This document shows positions 19,658 through 29,886 of a stretch of 64,000 nt of DNA, piece by piece. Source of the DNA: a virus. Under the pieces are notes generated by a model. The model saw only the letters and a program-made list of their open reading frames with translations, made no database searches and was not told where the DNA came from. Both the position numbers and the translations under genes were made by a program. How positions within the stretch are numbered: position 1 is the first letter of the stretch; each line of letters starts with the position of its first letter. Where the stretch lies: positions 1-64,000 of IMG/VR virus record IMGVR_UViG_3300017605_000342, one strand, 5' to 3'.

Positions 19658-20621
19658 GCGTGATAATGGGGCATGTGTGGTGTGTGGTCAACCAGCACAA
19701 GACGCACACCACATCCTAGAACGTCGTTTGTGGAACGACGGTGGGTACCACTTAGATAACGGTGCCAGTCTGTGTGGCCCGCATCACCTAGATGCTGAGT
19801 CCACGATTATCTCGGTAGAAGATTTGCGCCTCAAGTGTGGTATTACTCGCAAAGTTATACCGGAACATATGTATGATGACGAGGTATATGACAAGTGGGG
19901 CAACTGCGTACTGCCTAACGGGCAGCGTACAAAGGGAGAATTGTTCAATGACGAGTCTGTTCAAAAGGTGCTGGCTCCCGTATTACATCTGTTCACTGAT
20001 CGTGTTAAGTATCCTCGTACATACCATCTTCCATTTTCACGTAATATTACAGATGATGACCGTGTTATTAGCGATCTTAACATATTTTGTGGGAAACAGG
20101 TTGTTATAACAGAAAAGATGGATGGCGAGAACACCACCATGTACCGTGACGCAATACATGCCCGCTCCATAGACTCTGGAGCACACCCATCACGAACATG
20201 GGTGAAGCAATTTTGGGCACAGATCAAGCACGATATCCCGCCAGGTTGGCGTATCTGTGGTGAGAATGTTTACGCAAAGCATTCCATATATTACGAAGAT
20301 CTTAAGAGTTACTTCTATGGATTTTCTATCTGGGATAGTAACAACCTGTGTTTGGACTGGCATGATACTCTAGTGTGGTTTCAGCTATTTGGTATAGAGC
20401 CTGTACCCACATTATATTTAGGGCTTTATGACCAACAAGTTCTTGATGATCTTACTAATCGAGATTGGAAAACATCAGAGGGCTATGTTGTACGTTTAGA
20501 TAGTGTGTTTTCATATAGGAATTTTAGAGACAGTGTTGCAAAGTATGTGAGAGAGAAGCATGTCCAAACAGTAAAGCACTGGATGCATGGGCAACCAGTA
20601 ATACCAAATAAACTACTCTAG
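19623..20621 (+). CDS. HNH domain fused to Rnl2-family RNA ligase
   Basis: RD..CVVC..DAHH..N..SLC..HH; KYPRTYHLP, TEKMDGEN, GEN, EGYVVR, KYVR. Confidence 0.85.
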   Translation: MERSTFRTAVFERDNGACVVCGQPAQDAHHILERRLWNDGGYHLDNGASLCGPHHLDAESTIISVEDLRLKCGITRKVIPEHMYDDEVYDKWGNCVLPNGQRTKGELFNDESVQKVLAPVLHLFTDRVKYPRTYHLPFSRNITDDDRVISDLNIFCGKQVVITEKMDGENTTMYRDAIHARSIDSGAHPSRTWVKQFWAQIKHDIPPGWRICGENVYAKHSIYYEDLKSYFYGFSIWDSNNLCLDWHDTLVWFQLFGIEPVPTLYLGLYDQQVLDDLTNRDWKTSEGYVVRLDSVFSYRNFRDSVAKYVREKHVQTVKHWMHGQPVIPNKLL

Positions 20622-20631
20622 GAGTTTAACC

Positions 20632-21321
20632 ATGTCCGCTATCGGAGCCATTCTTTCTGGAACTACCACCATCCGCGAAGCCATAAAGAAGTACATTGAC
20701 GCACTTCCTGTAGGCAGCGACTTCACTGTAAAAGAAATCACTGACCACATTCGTACCAATGTTAACAACAGAACCATTACTATCAACAGCATTCCCGTCA
20801 ATGATGCCCTGTCACAACGTTTCTATGCTCAAGACGGAACGTTTGAACGTCAGACAATTCATTACAGCGTTGTGCGTGATGTTTTCTTGGCGCTGTTGAA
20901 CAGCGAACTTTCTGGAACACCCTATGTTATAGATCCTACCGGTATGTTTAAGATCTATACCAAAACCACAAGCCCAAGTACGGGTTTGAATCTTCCTCTA
21001 ACAACCCCATTGGGAACGGTTGTGGCTGCGGCCCCGGCCCCCGCGCCTGCACCGCCAGTTGCACCACGGCCTCAAGTAGCAGTGAAATCGTTGGCTGAAA
21101 AAATTCTAGATGGTACTATCACCCACACATATAGAGTTGAGCTTAATGGCCAAACTCTTACGTTGGGTGGAGAATCTCAGTTCTTTTCAAAAGCTGACGC
21201 TGAGTCTGCCGTTAAGGACAAGCTATCTACCGTGCTTGTTACCAGCACGAAAAAGCTTCGTAGAGAAATCAGGTCACTAGTTAGTTCCGGCAAGTTGATC
21301 TTTAGACGCGAACGAATCTAA
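20632..21321 (+). CDS. hypothetical two-domain protein with Pro/Ala linker
   Basis: AGGAG RBS; AAAPAPAPAPP linker. Confidence 0.6.
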   Translation: MSAIGAILSGTTTIREAIKKYIDALPVGSDFTVKEITDHIRTNVNNRTITINSIPVNDALSQRFYAQDGTFERQTIHYSVVRDVFLALLNSELSGTPYVIDPTGMFKIYTKTTSPSTGLNLPLTTPLGTVVAAAPAPAPAPPVAPRPQVAVKSLAEKILDGTITHTYRVELNGQTLTLGGESQFFSKADAESAVKDKLSTVLVTSTKKLRREIRSLVSSGKLIFRRERI

Positions 21322-21530
21322 TGACCCCCAACGACAGGATTCAGACTGCCCTCGATACCATCCTGCAATATGGTGGTATCGATGGTGGTCACCACAAGCA
21401 GTGGGTTTTAGACCAAGTAGTACAGCAACTGCTAGGTCACAAAGAAGCATATAAGGCTTGGATAAAAAGCTATGAAGGTGGTGAAGATGGTCCCAAAACT
21501 TACGAGTGGGATAAGGGCATAGCCCCGTAG
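21321..21530 (+). CDS. conserved-type small phage protein
   Basis: YGGIDGGHHKQWVLDQ...YEWDKGIAP. Confidence 0.65.
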   Translation: MTPNDRIQTALDTILQYGGIDGGHHKQWVLDQVVQQLLGHKEAYKAWIKSYEGGEDGPKTYEWDKGIAP

Positions 21531-21853
21531 GAGGCACACATGGAACAACATTGTATAGTCAAGGACTGTAAGAACGTTAGCATTGATATGATTTTTTATA
21601 ACGGTATCTGTGCACAATGCTATATGTATCTAACACAGGGCATCGGTGATGGCCAAGTTTATCGTAACTTGGTTAAAATGTTATTGAAAAGACTGTTTAA
21701 CTATCTAAAACAAGTAGATGAAACATTTGACGAAGAGCTACCGGAACCAACAACACCGGAACCTTCTGTCAATCCAGCACCACCAGTATCAGATCAACAT
21801 GCACTAGCTTTCAAAGAAGTATTACCCGGAGGTCGAATCAACGATATTAACCC

Positions 21854-23320
21854 ATGAGCTATTACGGAATTGTCGTCCAACTGGACGGGGTGCGCAAGCA
21901 CCCCGGAGCGGATCGTCTGCAACTTGCTAACTGTTTGGGTAACCAAGTGGTGGTAGGATTGGAGGCACGCGACGGGGATGTTACTGCGTTCTTTCCTGTT
22001 GACGGAAAACTATCAGAAGATTTTTTGAATGCAAACAACCTGTTACCTGTACTTGATGCCCAAGGTAAGCGTATTGGTGGAGGATTCTTTGATGTTAAAG
22101 GTAGAGTTCGCGCTCAAAAATTCAGAGGCGAACGTAGCGAAGGTTTTGCAATCCCGGTTGACGCACTTACGTACACAGGTTATTCAATTGCCAAGCTTAA
22201 GGTCGGCGATCAGATTACGGAACTTAATGGTCACCAAGTTTGCACCAAATACATTAACGAAAAAACTATCAGGGCACAAAAGGAAGCTTCACTTAGAGCA
22301 GCCAAAGTTAAAGTACTAAACTTCCCAGAGCATGTGGACACCGAACAATTCCGGTTTGTAGCGAAGGATATCCCTGCCGGATCATTGGTGTACATCTCTG
22401 CAAAAGAACATGGTACTTCACAGAGATACGCACACACGTTGATGACACGTAATTGGGCACAAGCTCATGTCATTAAGGTAGTGCCGCCACTGAAGTCTTT
22501 GCTGCGTAAGACACCGTTAAGAAAGTATGCTAACGAAGTATGTCGGCGACTTAACAATGTTCTGATCAAGCTAACTTCTAGACATTGTTTTACTATCAAG
22601 CCTAAGTACATACATGCTATTGGTACGCGGCGTACTGTGTTGGATCAGAATTCAAGCACGTCGTTCTATCAGTTAGAACATGGGTCAGAACAGTTTCGTT
22701 ACAATGTTATGCGTGGGGTTGTTTTGCGTAAGGGAGAAATCCTTTACGGTGAAGTTGTGGGCTGGGTATTGCCAGACAAGCCGATTATGTCCCAGTCAAT
22801 TTCAAAAGAAATTAAAAAGTCTTTCGATAAAATCTTCTCACAGCAATACCCTGGTGACCAGATGATTTACAAGTATGGCGTCCCCAACGGTGGTGCTGAA
22901 TTCCACGTGTACCGTATTGCCCACGTTAATGAAGACGGTAACATGGTTGACTTGCCGTGGACCCAAGTCGTACGTCGTTGTAAAGAACTGGGATTGAAGA
23001 CTGTTCAGTTAATGAACTTGAATTACTCCAAAGTGCAAGATGGAGTATTTCCGGTTATAACATACAACTATCAAAACCCATTTATCTACGACGGCAATGT
23101 ACGAGACTTACAGGAATTGGTTAATAGTCTGTTAGAAAAGCCCGCCATCTCAGATCCGTCACACATTGAAGAGGGCGTTGTGCTGCGTGTAGAACAGCCT
23201 GACGGTGAGATCAAATACATCAAGCAAAAGAGCTTTGCCTTCGGGGTCCTAGAAGGTTACGCAAAGCTTGACGAAAATTATGTTGACACTGAAGAAGCAG
23301 CCAGTGCCGAATCTGCTTGA
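21854..23320 (+). CDS. RNA ligase, DRB0094/Rnl5-like, with N-terminal tRNA-binding OB fold
   Basis: KHPGADRLQL, FRGERSEG; motif I KEHGTS, YGE, EGVVLR, KQKS. Confidence 0.8.
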   Translation: MSYYGIVVQLDGVRKHPGADRLQLANCLGNQVVVGLEARDGDVTAFFPVDGKLSEDFLNANNLLPVLDAQGKRIGGGFFDVKGRVRAQKFRGERSEGFAIPVDALTYTGYSIAKLKVGDQITELNGHQVCTKYINEKTIRAQKEASLRAAKVKVLNFPEHVDTEQFRFVAKDIPAGSLVYISAKEHGTSQRYAHTLMTRNWAQAHVIKVVPPLKSLLRKTPLRKYANEVCRRLNNVLIKLTSRHCFTIKPKYIHAIGTRRTVLDQNSSTSFYQLEHGSEQFRYNVMRGVVLRKGEILYGEVVGWVLPDKPIMSQSISKEIKKSFDKIFSQQYPGDQMIYKYGVPNGGAEFHVYRIAHVNEDGNMVDLPWTQVVRRCKELGLKTVQLMNLNYSKVQDGVFPVITYNYQNPFIYDGNVRDLQELVNSLLEKPAISDPSHIEEGVVLRVEQPDGEIKYIKQKSFAFGVLEGYAKLDENYVDTEEAASAESA

Positions 23321-23345
23321 TTTTCTAACAACTTTGTGGTAGTCT
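23317..23345 (+). promoter_or_regulatory. sigma70-type promoter with extended -10
   Basis: TTGATT-17 nt-TAGTCT with TG at -15/-14, then AGGAG RBS of ORF 23358. Confidence 0.6.
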
Positions 23346-23357
23346 TTAGGAGATCAT

Positions 23358-23579
23358 ATGGAACGTACTTATGAAGTAAAAGTTTATAGAGTAGAACTAA
23401 TATGTGATGCGTGCGGTCAAGGAACAATGAAGCCAACCGGAACCATGATCGGCGGTTGGCCTCCCAAGTTTCCACATCAGTGTACAGAATGTTTAACCAT
23501 TAACAGTTATTTATTAGAACAATACCCAAGAACAGTATATAAAAAGATACCCAATCAACCAGAGGAAATCACAAAATGA
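23358..23579 (+). CDS. zinc-ribbon protein
   Basis: CDAC...HQCTEC; AGGAG RBS. Confidence 0.6.
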   Translation: MERTYEVKVYRVELICDACGQGTMKPTGTMIGGWPPKFPHQCTECLTINSYLLEQYPRTVYKKIPNQPEEITK

Positions 23580-24394
23580 AGAAAGTGCATCTAATTACCA
23601 TCGATGGACAGAATGACTTCTGCTCCTTCAGTAACAAGCGTGGTGCATTGTATGTCGGAGCAGACGCATCTGCGGCTGAGGCTGACATTAAGCGGTTGGC
23701 CAACTTCGTTACCAAAGTTGGTGACCGCCTAACAATGATCCACAGCACGTTGGACTCACATCACCCACAACACATTGCCCACGCCATTATGTGGACAAAC
23801 TCTAAGGGTGAGCAACCGCCAATTTTCAACCCGATCTTCAAGGCAGATGTTGAGTCGGGCAAGTGGTTTGCACACAACCCACGCCTGCGTGCTGCATTCC
23901 AGAACTATGTAAACGAACTGGAAAAACACAACCGTTATGTCTTGGTCATTTGGCCTCAGCATTGTATCATTGGCTCGTGGGGCCACGCGCTGTACCCGGA
24001 ACTGTCAGATGCATTTATCGAATGGCAGAACCGTTACCACAAGCGTATTAACTACGTTGCTAAAGGCAGCAACATGTTGACCGAACATTACTCCGCTGTG
24101 CAGGCTGACGTGCCGGACGATGCTGATCCGACCACCAAGCTGAACACACAGTTGATTGACTTGCTGGCAAAGAACGCTGACGAAATCCTGATCACTGGTC
24201 AGGCACTGTCCCATTGCGTTGCCAACACAATCACGGACATCGCCAATAACTTTGGCGAAGAGAACATTAAGAAGTTTACATTACTAGAAGATACTTGCTC
24301 TAATGTTCCTACCTTTGAAAAGCTAGGACAAGACTTCGTTAAAGATATGACTAAGCGTGGAATGCGCACTACCACTACATCTAACTGGAGCTAA
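23576..24394 (+). CDS. nicotinamidase/isochorismatase-family cysteine hydrolase
   Basis: DGQNDF, DSH, WPQHC, KG...EHYSA, GQALSHCV (Asp-Lys-Cys triad and metal ligands). Confidence 0.85.
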   Translation: MKKVHLITIDGQNDFCSFSNKRGALYVGADASAAEADIKRLANFVTKVGDRLTMIHSTLDSHHPQHIAHAIMWTNSKGEQPPIFNPIFKADVESGKWFAHNPRLRAAFQNYVNELEKHNRYVLVIWPQHCIIGSWGHALYPELSDAFIEWQNRYHKRINYVAKGSNMLTEHYSAVQADVPDDADPTTKLNTQLIDLLAKNADEILITGQALSHCVANTITDIANNFGEENIKKFTLLEDTCSNVPTFEKLGQDFVKDMTKRGMRTTTTSNWS

Positions 24395-24395
24395 C

Positions 24396-25145
24396 ATGAA
24401 TTCGGTAGATTTGAACGACGGTCTAGCACAGTTTAATACAACCTCAAACTACAAGTTTTCTGCAATACCTGTAGACCAGGTTGGTGCTTCTGAAATCACG
24501 TTGGTGACTCTGGTCACTGACGTTAGTGGCTCTGTTATTGATTTTGCAAAACGTATTGAAGAGATGCTTAAGACTGTGGTAAAATCCTGTCAGTCTCCGA
24601 AATGTCCACGTGCTGACAACCTGATGTTTCGGTTGATTGACTTTGCAGATTATGTTACAGAACTGCATGGGTTCAAGCCTGTGGAGTCCATCAAAGGTGA
24701 TGCCTACAATGGAATTATCCAAATCAAAGGGTCAACCGCCCTCTTCGATGCAGTTGCGCAGGCTGTCGAAGCTACTACAAAGTATGGCAAAGAATTATAC
24801 GATCAGGATTTTACTCCCAACGCCATTATCTTCATCATCACCGATGGAGAAAACAATCGACCTCCAATGGACGCCTCTGTTGTTGCAAAGGCCATTGGTG
24901 AAGCCCGAAAGTCAGAAGCTTTGGTGTCGATCACAACGGTCTTGATCGGTGTCACGGATAATTCTGCGTCCTTGTCACAGTACTTACAAGAGTTCAAGGA
25001 CACAGCAAAGATCGATCAGTACATTGACATTGGCAGTGCTACACCCGGCAAGCTGGCGAAGCTCGCTGACTTTGTGAGTAAGTCTGTGAGTTCTACATCA
25101 CAGGCTATTACAACTGGTGCGGCTTCTGCTCCATTAACATTCTAA
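24396..25145 (+). CDS. vWA domain protein (TerY-like)
   Basis: MIDAS DVSGS, GSTALFDA, IITDGENN. Confidence 0.85.
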   Translation: MNSVDLNDGLAQFNTTSNYKFSAIPVDQVGASEITLVTLVTDVSGSVIDFAKRIEEMLKTVVKSCQSPKCPRADNLMFRLIDFADYVTELHGFKPVESIKGDAYNGIIQIKGSTALFDAVAQAVEATTKYGKELYDQDFTPNAIIFIITDGENNRPPMDASVVAKAIGEARKSEALVSITTVLIGVTDNSASLSQYLQEFKDTAKIDQYIDIGSATPGKLAKLADFVSKSVSSTSQAITTGAASAPLTF

Positions 25146-25152
25146 GTATATT

Positions 25153-25228
25153 GCACGGATCGACAAGAGGCTTAAGTCGCATGGCTGCAACCCATGCATC
25201 GGGGGTTCGAATCCCTCTCCGTGCTCCA
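25153..25228 (+). tRNA. tRNA-Cys(GCA)
   Basis: GCACGGA/TCCGTGC, CATGG-CTGCAAC-CCATG, U73, CCA. Confidence 0.92.
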
Positions 25229-25234
25229 GTTTAT

Positions 25235-25312
25235 AGGGTCGCATGCTCCAAGGCTGGCGAGTTCGCCTCCAAAGCTTACTGTGGATGGGTTCGATTCCCT
25301 CCGGCCCTGCCA
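25235..25312 (+). tRNA. tRNA-Trp(CCA), irregular anticodon stem
   Basis: AGGGTCG/CGGCCCT, loop CTCCAAA, T-loop TTCGATT, G73-CCA. Confidence 0.78.
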
Positions 25313-25329
25313 TAATAAAAGTATAAATA

Positions 25330-25406
25330 CGGCTCATAGTATAACGGACAATTACACTAGCCTTTTAAGCTGTGAGATCGGGGTTCAAATCCTCGTGGGC
25401 CGACCA
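25330..25406 (+). tRNA. tRNA-Lys(TTT)
   Basis: CGGCTCA/TGGGCCG, loop CTTTTAA, CCA. Confidence 0.88.
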
Positions 25407-25408
25407 AA

Positions 25409-25484
25409 CGTTTCGTAGTATAGTGGCAATTACATCCGACTCTTAATCGGTAAGACGGAGGTTCAAGTCCTCCCGAAACGACCA
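25409..25484 (+). tRNA. tRNA-Lys(CTT)
   Basis: CGTTTCG/CGAAACG, loop CTCTTAA, CCA. Confidence 0.9.
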
Positions 25485-25488
25485 CAAC

Positions 25489-25564
25489 CGGACTATAGCT
25501 CAGTTGGTTAGAGCAGGCGGCTGATAACCGTCCGACTCAGGTTCGACTCCTGATAGTCCGACCA
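25489..25564 (+). tRNA. tRNA-Ile(GAT)
   Basis: CGGACTA/TAGTCCG, loop CTGATAA, CCA. Confidence 0.92.
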
Positions 25565-25581
25565 TCCTTTTAGGAGACAAT

Positions 25582-26238
25582 ATGCTGGATTCATTGTTGA
25601 AGAAAGCAAAGTCATTCGTAGTTGAAGATGTTCCTGAAGCAGCACCGCTTAAAGCACGCCCTACAGTTGCTCCCCAACCAGCACCCGCCCAAGATGTAGA
25701 TTTCGGACACCAGTCTTCTACCAATGTTGAACCAAAGGTAGAAGAACTACGCACACAATTGCTCCCTACATCCGGGCCGCTGGTTATGTTCACCAGTGTT
25801 CTTAACTCATTGCAAGGGGCCATCCCCAACGAAGCTACCAGATTCCGCACAGCAGTCCAAGTACTGGGAGCACAGGGCATAACTTTACAGTTAGTATCTC
25901 AAGAAATAAATACAGTGTTAGGAAAAATAGAAGCGCATAAAAACGCAGCAGAAGAAGCCCGCGCAAGAAAGTACAAAGAACGTGTCACAGACAAACAGGG
26001 AGAAATTGACAGAGTAGAAAAACAGCTTGAGGCTAAACAAGCAGAAATTGCTCAACTCATTCTACAGAAAGATACCCTCCAAGCTGAGATTCAGACTTCT
26101 GAAACTCAAATCAAAGAGCGGGCATGGCAGTGGGAAGCAGCACGTGCTACATTGTCTGACGAGTATAATGATTTGTCTAAGAAGTTGGATATTTATTTTG
26201 ACAACAACAGCAAAGCAACTCAAGGAGCATCAAAGTGA
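25582..26238 (+). CDS. coiled-coil protein
   Basis: AGGAG RBS; Pro-rich N-terminus, heptad-rich C-terminal half. Confidence 0.7.
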   Translation: MLDSLLKKAKSFVVEDVPEAAPLKARPTVAPQPAPAQDVDFGHQSSTNVEPKVEELRTQLLPTSGPLVMFTSVLNSLQGAIPNEATRFRTAVQVLGAQGITLQLVSQEINTVLGKIEAHKNAAEEARARKYKERVTDKQGEIDRVEKQLEAKQAEIAQLILQKDTLQAEIQTSETQIKERAWQWEAARATLSDEYNDLSKKLDIYFDNNSKATQGASK

Positions 26239-27275
26239 CGACATTACCTACCGTCGCATCAGAACCAGGTAAGAAGAGTTTTTGGAAGCGACCAGAAGGC
26301 ATCACCGGAATTGTTTTTAACGTAGCACTGGGTGCAGCTATCTTCTTCGGTTGGGGTACTATCGTGCCGTTTGTGTTAGCGGCTGCGGTCAATACTCTTA
26401 ACCTGATTGTGGTATCCCTCGCAGCGGCTGGCATCGTGTACGTCATGTTCGACAAGAACTTCAGACGGTTCTTGTGGTACTTGTACCGATCTGCAATGCG
26501 TTGGGTAACACAGTTCATCGTCGATATCGACCCTATCGGTATCTTGAAAAGCTATATAGAAAAGCTTATTGAAAAACGTACAGAGTTAAACGACTCAGTA
26601 GCTGAGATTCAAGGCCAGAGACAAAAGCTGGTTAGATTACTAGCTAAAAATAAAGAAGAGTTTAAAACTAGCCTAGCAAAACTACAAGCAGCTAAGGCTC
26701 AACTGAACGACTCTGACCCACTCAAGGCGAGACAAGCGGTTAGAATCGAGGCACTGGAATCAAAGCAGGCGGATCGCCTGCACCAAATGGTTACGACACA
26801 GGAAGGTCACGAAAAGAAATATGACTTCATCGTCCAAGCATTGACAAGATACGGAGAAGTGTGCGACGATAGTATCACGGACATGCGCAATGAAGTCTCT
26901 TTCAGGGAGCAAGAACAGGAGCAGGCCCGATCCTTCAAGAAGGGAATGTCTGCTGCTTTTGGAATCCTGAAAGGGTTGCCAGACGATCAGGAAATGTACG
27001 ACATGGCTTTGGAAACTCTCGAAAGAGAATACACAGAGAACATGGGTAGGGTTGAAAATGTTTTGGACATCACCAAGAATGTTATTTTACAGGCAGACTT
27101 TAACGATGCAGCTTCTTTAGCAAAAGCAGATGCATTGTTGTCTGACTGGAATAACAGTCACACAATACTACCTACTAAAAAAGAACAAGCAGCAATTACA
27201 GCAGCGCCTTTTTACATCAGCCCGTCAGAAGTTGTGCAAGTAAAAGCTAAGACGGCTGACAAATTGTTCGACTAG
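26235..27275 (+). CDS. membrane-anchored coiled-coil protein (PspA-like architecture)
   Basis: SFWKRPEGITG, two N-terminal TM segments, DPIGILK then long coiled coil; AAGGAG RBS. Confidence 0.7.
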   Translation: MTTLPTVASEPGKKSFWKRPEGITGIVFNVALGAAIFFGWGTIVPFVLAAAVNTLNLIVVSLAAAGIVYVMFDKNFRRFLWYLYRSAMRWVTQFIVDIDPIGILKSYIEKLIEKRTELNDSVAEIQGQRQKLVRLLAKNKEEFKTSLAKLQAAKAQLNDSDPLKARQAVRIEALESKQADRLHQMVTTQEGHEKKYDFIVQALTRYGEVCDDSITDMRNEVSFREQEQEQARSFKKGMSAAFGILKGLPDDQEMYDMALETLEREYTENMGRVENVLDITKNVILQADFNDAASLAKADALLSDWNNSHTILPTKKEQAAITAAPFYISPSEVVQVKAKTADKLFD

Positions 27276-27286
27276 GAGCGTCACTC

Positions 27287-29074
27287 ATGGCTACTCGTGT
27301 TAAGCTACTGCCCAAATTAGTGGGCATTTTCGCCATCGCTGCAATCTTTGCGTTCGGCTACAGGTCGTTGATTTATCATGGTATCGTCAAGCGGCCTGAT
27401 GCTTTGAAATCGCTTGTTCCGATTCAAACAGAAGACATTCAGGCAGAAGTGTTACAGCATGACACTAACGTTAAAGTAGTTCCTTTACCTAAAAGCATTG
27501 TTACGCAGATAAGTGGGCCTGTTATCAAAGGCTCATTGTGGTTCTGGAATTCACAGTTCGGAGTCATGGTGGCTAACGGCGGGCCACTTACCACACAAGG
27601 CTCATTGGTCGAAGCTCAAGGCGTGAAGTTACGTTTAGAGCGTCAAGATGACCCAGAGCAAATGCGTAATGAACTTGCGGTGTTTGCGACGGCTCTAGCC
27701 GGGGGTAACCCACACCCAACTGTTGGTACCCATTTTGTGTTTATCATGGGCGACGGTTCTGCTGCGTTCTTGGCACCGCTCAATGAACGGCTAAAGAAGC
27801 TTGGGCCGGAATACATTGCTGAAGTTGTGGACAGTGTTGGGTACTCACGTGGCGAAGACGGCTTTTGGGGACCTGCGACTTGGAAGTCGGAACCTAAGTT
27901 AGCCAGAGGTTCTTTGATTGCTGTCGTGCTACGTGACGGTGATTGGAATTTGATTTTGCGTTGGGCGCACATCAACGATATTCCAGTTAATCCAGATGAA
28001 AAAACGTATGACCCCAATGCCATCAATTTACTGGCAACGGCTACATACATTGAAGCATCACAGCGCTACATCGCTGGTTACTGTGATGAACGACCGCTTA
28101 AAGACAAGCCTGCTGAAATGGCAAAGCTCTGCGTTAACGGTGTTGCTACGTGGACACCCGGCGACGTGATGATTGCCGAAAAGAAAGGCGGCTTAGTTCC
28201 TTTGATGACTACCAAGTCAGCGTTCTTCCAGATGCCGAATACTGTAATCGGTATTAAAAAGTGGAACGCCGCAAACGCAGACAAGGTTGCTGGTATGATA
28301 GCCGCGTTTGCCCAAGGTGCGGATCAGGTGCGCACTAATCCAAACGCCTTCCGTAAAGCAGCAGAAATCAGTGTAGCTGTTTACAAAGAACAGGATGCCG
28401 AATATTGTATGCGATACTTCAAGGGTGTTACTAAAAAAGATCTACAAGGTAACACTGTAGAACTAGGTGGCTCTGCTGTATCTAACCTAGCAGACGTGCG
28501 ACAACTGTTTGGTATGGATGGTGGCCCTAACATTTTCAAGAAGACTTACGAAACATGGGGCAATGCTGTTATCCAACAGTATCCGACGTTGATGGCGGCG
28601 TATCCTCCGACTGAGGAAATCCTCAACACTCGGTACGTTGCATTGGCGTCAGCTAAAATCAACCAAGCTGAAGCATTACCTGCTGATGCTCCGACCTATT
28701 CTGAGAACGCTCCTATCACAGAAGTGATTGGGCATAGGGCATACAGTATTAATTTCCGTACAGGGTCTGCTGAAATCCTACCTAATTCTTACTCTGTACT
28801 AAATGAAATTGTAGACGACTTGGTTACGTCTAACACCCAAGTAATTGTACATGGTCATACCGATAACACAGGCACGGCGGCTGGCAATGAGTCCTTGTCA
28901 AACGCTCGTGCGCTTTCTGTCAAGCGGTACTTCACTGTCAAGGGTGGAACAGCAGTTCCGGCTGTCAGAGTGAAGACAGTTCCCCACGGACAAGACGAGC
29001 CTGTGGCTGATAACAGCAGTGAGGCTGGTCGTGCTAAAAACCGTAGAGTGGAGATTGTTCTAGGAAAACAGTAA
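27287..29074 (+). CDS. ABC substrate-binding protein (SsuA/THI5-like) fused to OmpA_C peptidoglycan-binding domain
   Basis: N-terminal TM; SRGEDG, TWTPGD; C-terminal HGHTDNTG..NESLSNARA..PVADN..GRAKNRRVEI. Confidence 0.8.
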   Translation: MATRVKLLPKLVGIFAIAAIFAFGYRSLIYHGIVKRPDALKSLVPIQTEDIQAEVLQHDTNVKVVPLPKSIVTQISGPVIKGSLWFWNSQFGVMVANGGPLTTQGSLVEAQGVKLRLERQDDPEQMRNELAVFATALAGGNPHPTVGTHFVFIMGDGSAAFLAPLNERLKKLGPEYIAEVVDSVGYSRGEDGFWGPATWKSEPKLARGSLIAVVLRDGDWNLILRWAHINDIPVNPDEKTYDPNAINLLATATYIEASQRYIAGYCDERPLKDKPAEMAKLCVNGVATWTPGDVMIAEKKGGLVPLMTTKSAFFQMPNTVIGIKKWNAANADKVAGMIAAFAQGADQVRTNPNAFRKAAEISVAVYKEQDAEYCMRYFKGVTKKDLQGNTVELGGSAVSNLADVRQLFGMDGGPNIFKKTYETWGNAVIQQYPTLMAAYPPTEEILNTRYVALASAKINQAEALPADAPTYSENAPITEVIGHRAYSINFRTGSAEILPNSYSVLNEIVDDLVTSNTQVIVHGHTDNTGTAAGNESLSNARALSVKRYFTVKGGTAVPAVRVKTVPHGQDEPVADNSSEAGRAKNRRVEIVLGKQ

Positions 29075-29886
29075 TGACTTCAATCAAGGGTGCGGGTACC
29101 TTAAGGCTAGCCCGCACCTTATTCACCCCAAACGAAAGTGTTCCCACCAAAATTTATTACTGTATACTTTTAGCTTATTTGTTAAGTTCTGTGTTCATGT
29201 GGGCATTCTACCCCTCGCCCATATTCCCAACCCCATTAGGTGTTATCGAAGCCCTGCCTGGTTTATGGAACCAAGGATTAGGTTATGAGTTATGGGTAAG
29301 TATCACACTCAACATGCAGGCGGTTGCTATAATGTCTGTGGTATCCCTGCTTATTGGGTACGCTGACACCATTACGGCTCTACGACCACTACCTACGTGG
29401 GTGAGTGCCTTCCGGTCTAACGGGTTTGTTGGATTGCCGTTGTTGCTGACGTTCCTTATTAGCAGTCAGCATTGGATTAAGGTCATGTTACTAGTCATCG
29501 GCATGTCAGTGTTTACGGTGCCGTCAATCGTTGCTATGATCCACGGAATGCATCGTAATGTCTTTGACCATGCGCGAGTACTGCGTATGAACGAGTGGCG
29601 GGTGCTGTGGGAGGTAGTAGTACTAGGCAAGTTCCATGAAGTGTTGGATATCTTGCGCACCAACATGGCAATTGGTTGGATGATGCTACCAATGGTAGAA
29701 GGGCTGTTCAAAACTGAAGGTGGCATCGGAGCTATGATCCTAGCTCAAAACAAATTCTTTAGATTAGAAGAAGTATATTGTATTATCTTTGTAGTCATTG
29801 CGGCGGGATTACTCCAAGACGCAGCAATAAAGGGAGTGCGACGGTTGTTATGCCCGCACGCATACATTAACACGGAGAAGAAGTAA
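29074..29886 (+). CDS. ABC importer permease (SsuC/TauC-like)
   Basis: about 6 TM helices, FPTP, EAA-like loop FDHARVLRMNEWRV, E..GGIG. Confidence 0.85.
   Translation: MTSIKGAGTLRLARTLFTPNESVPTKIYYCILLAYLLSSVFMWAFYPSPIFPTPLGVIEALPGLWNQGLGYELWVSITLNMQAVAIMSVVSLLIGYADTITALRPLPTWVSAFRSNGFVGLPLLLTFLISSQHWIKVMLLVIGMSVFTVPSIVAMIHGMHRNVFDHARVLRMNEWRVLWEVVVLGKFHEVLDILRTNMAIGWMMLPMVEGLFKTEGGIGAMILAQNKFFRLEEVYCIIFVVIAAGLLQDAAIKGVRRLLCPHAYINTEKK

Noticed and set aside
21022-21075. GC-rich patch resembling a regulatory repeat
   Set aside because: It simply encodes the AAAPAPAPAPP linker within ORF 20632-21321
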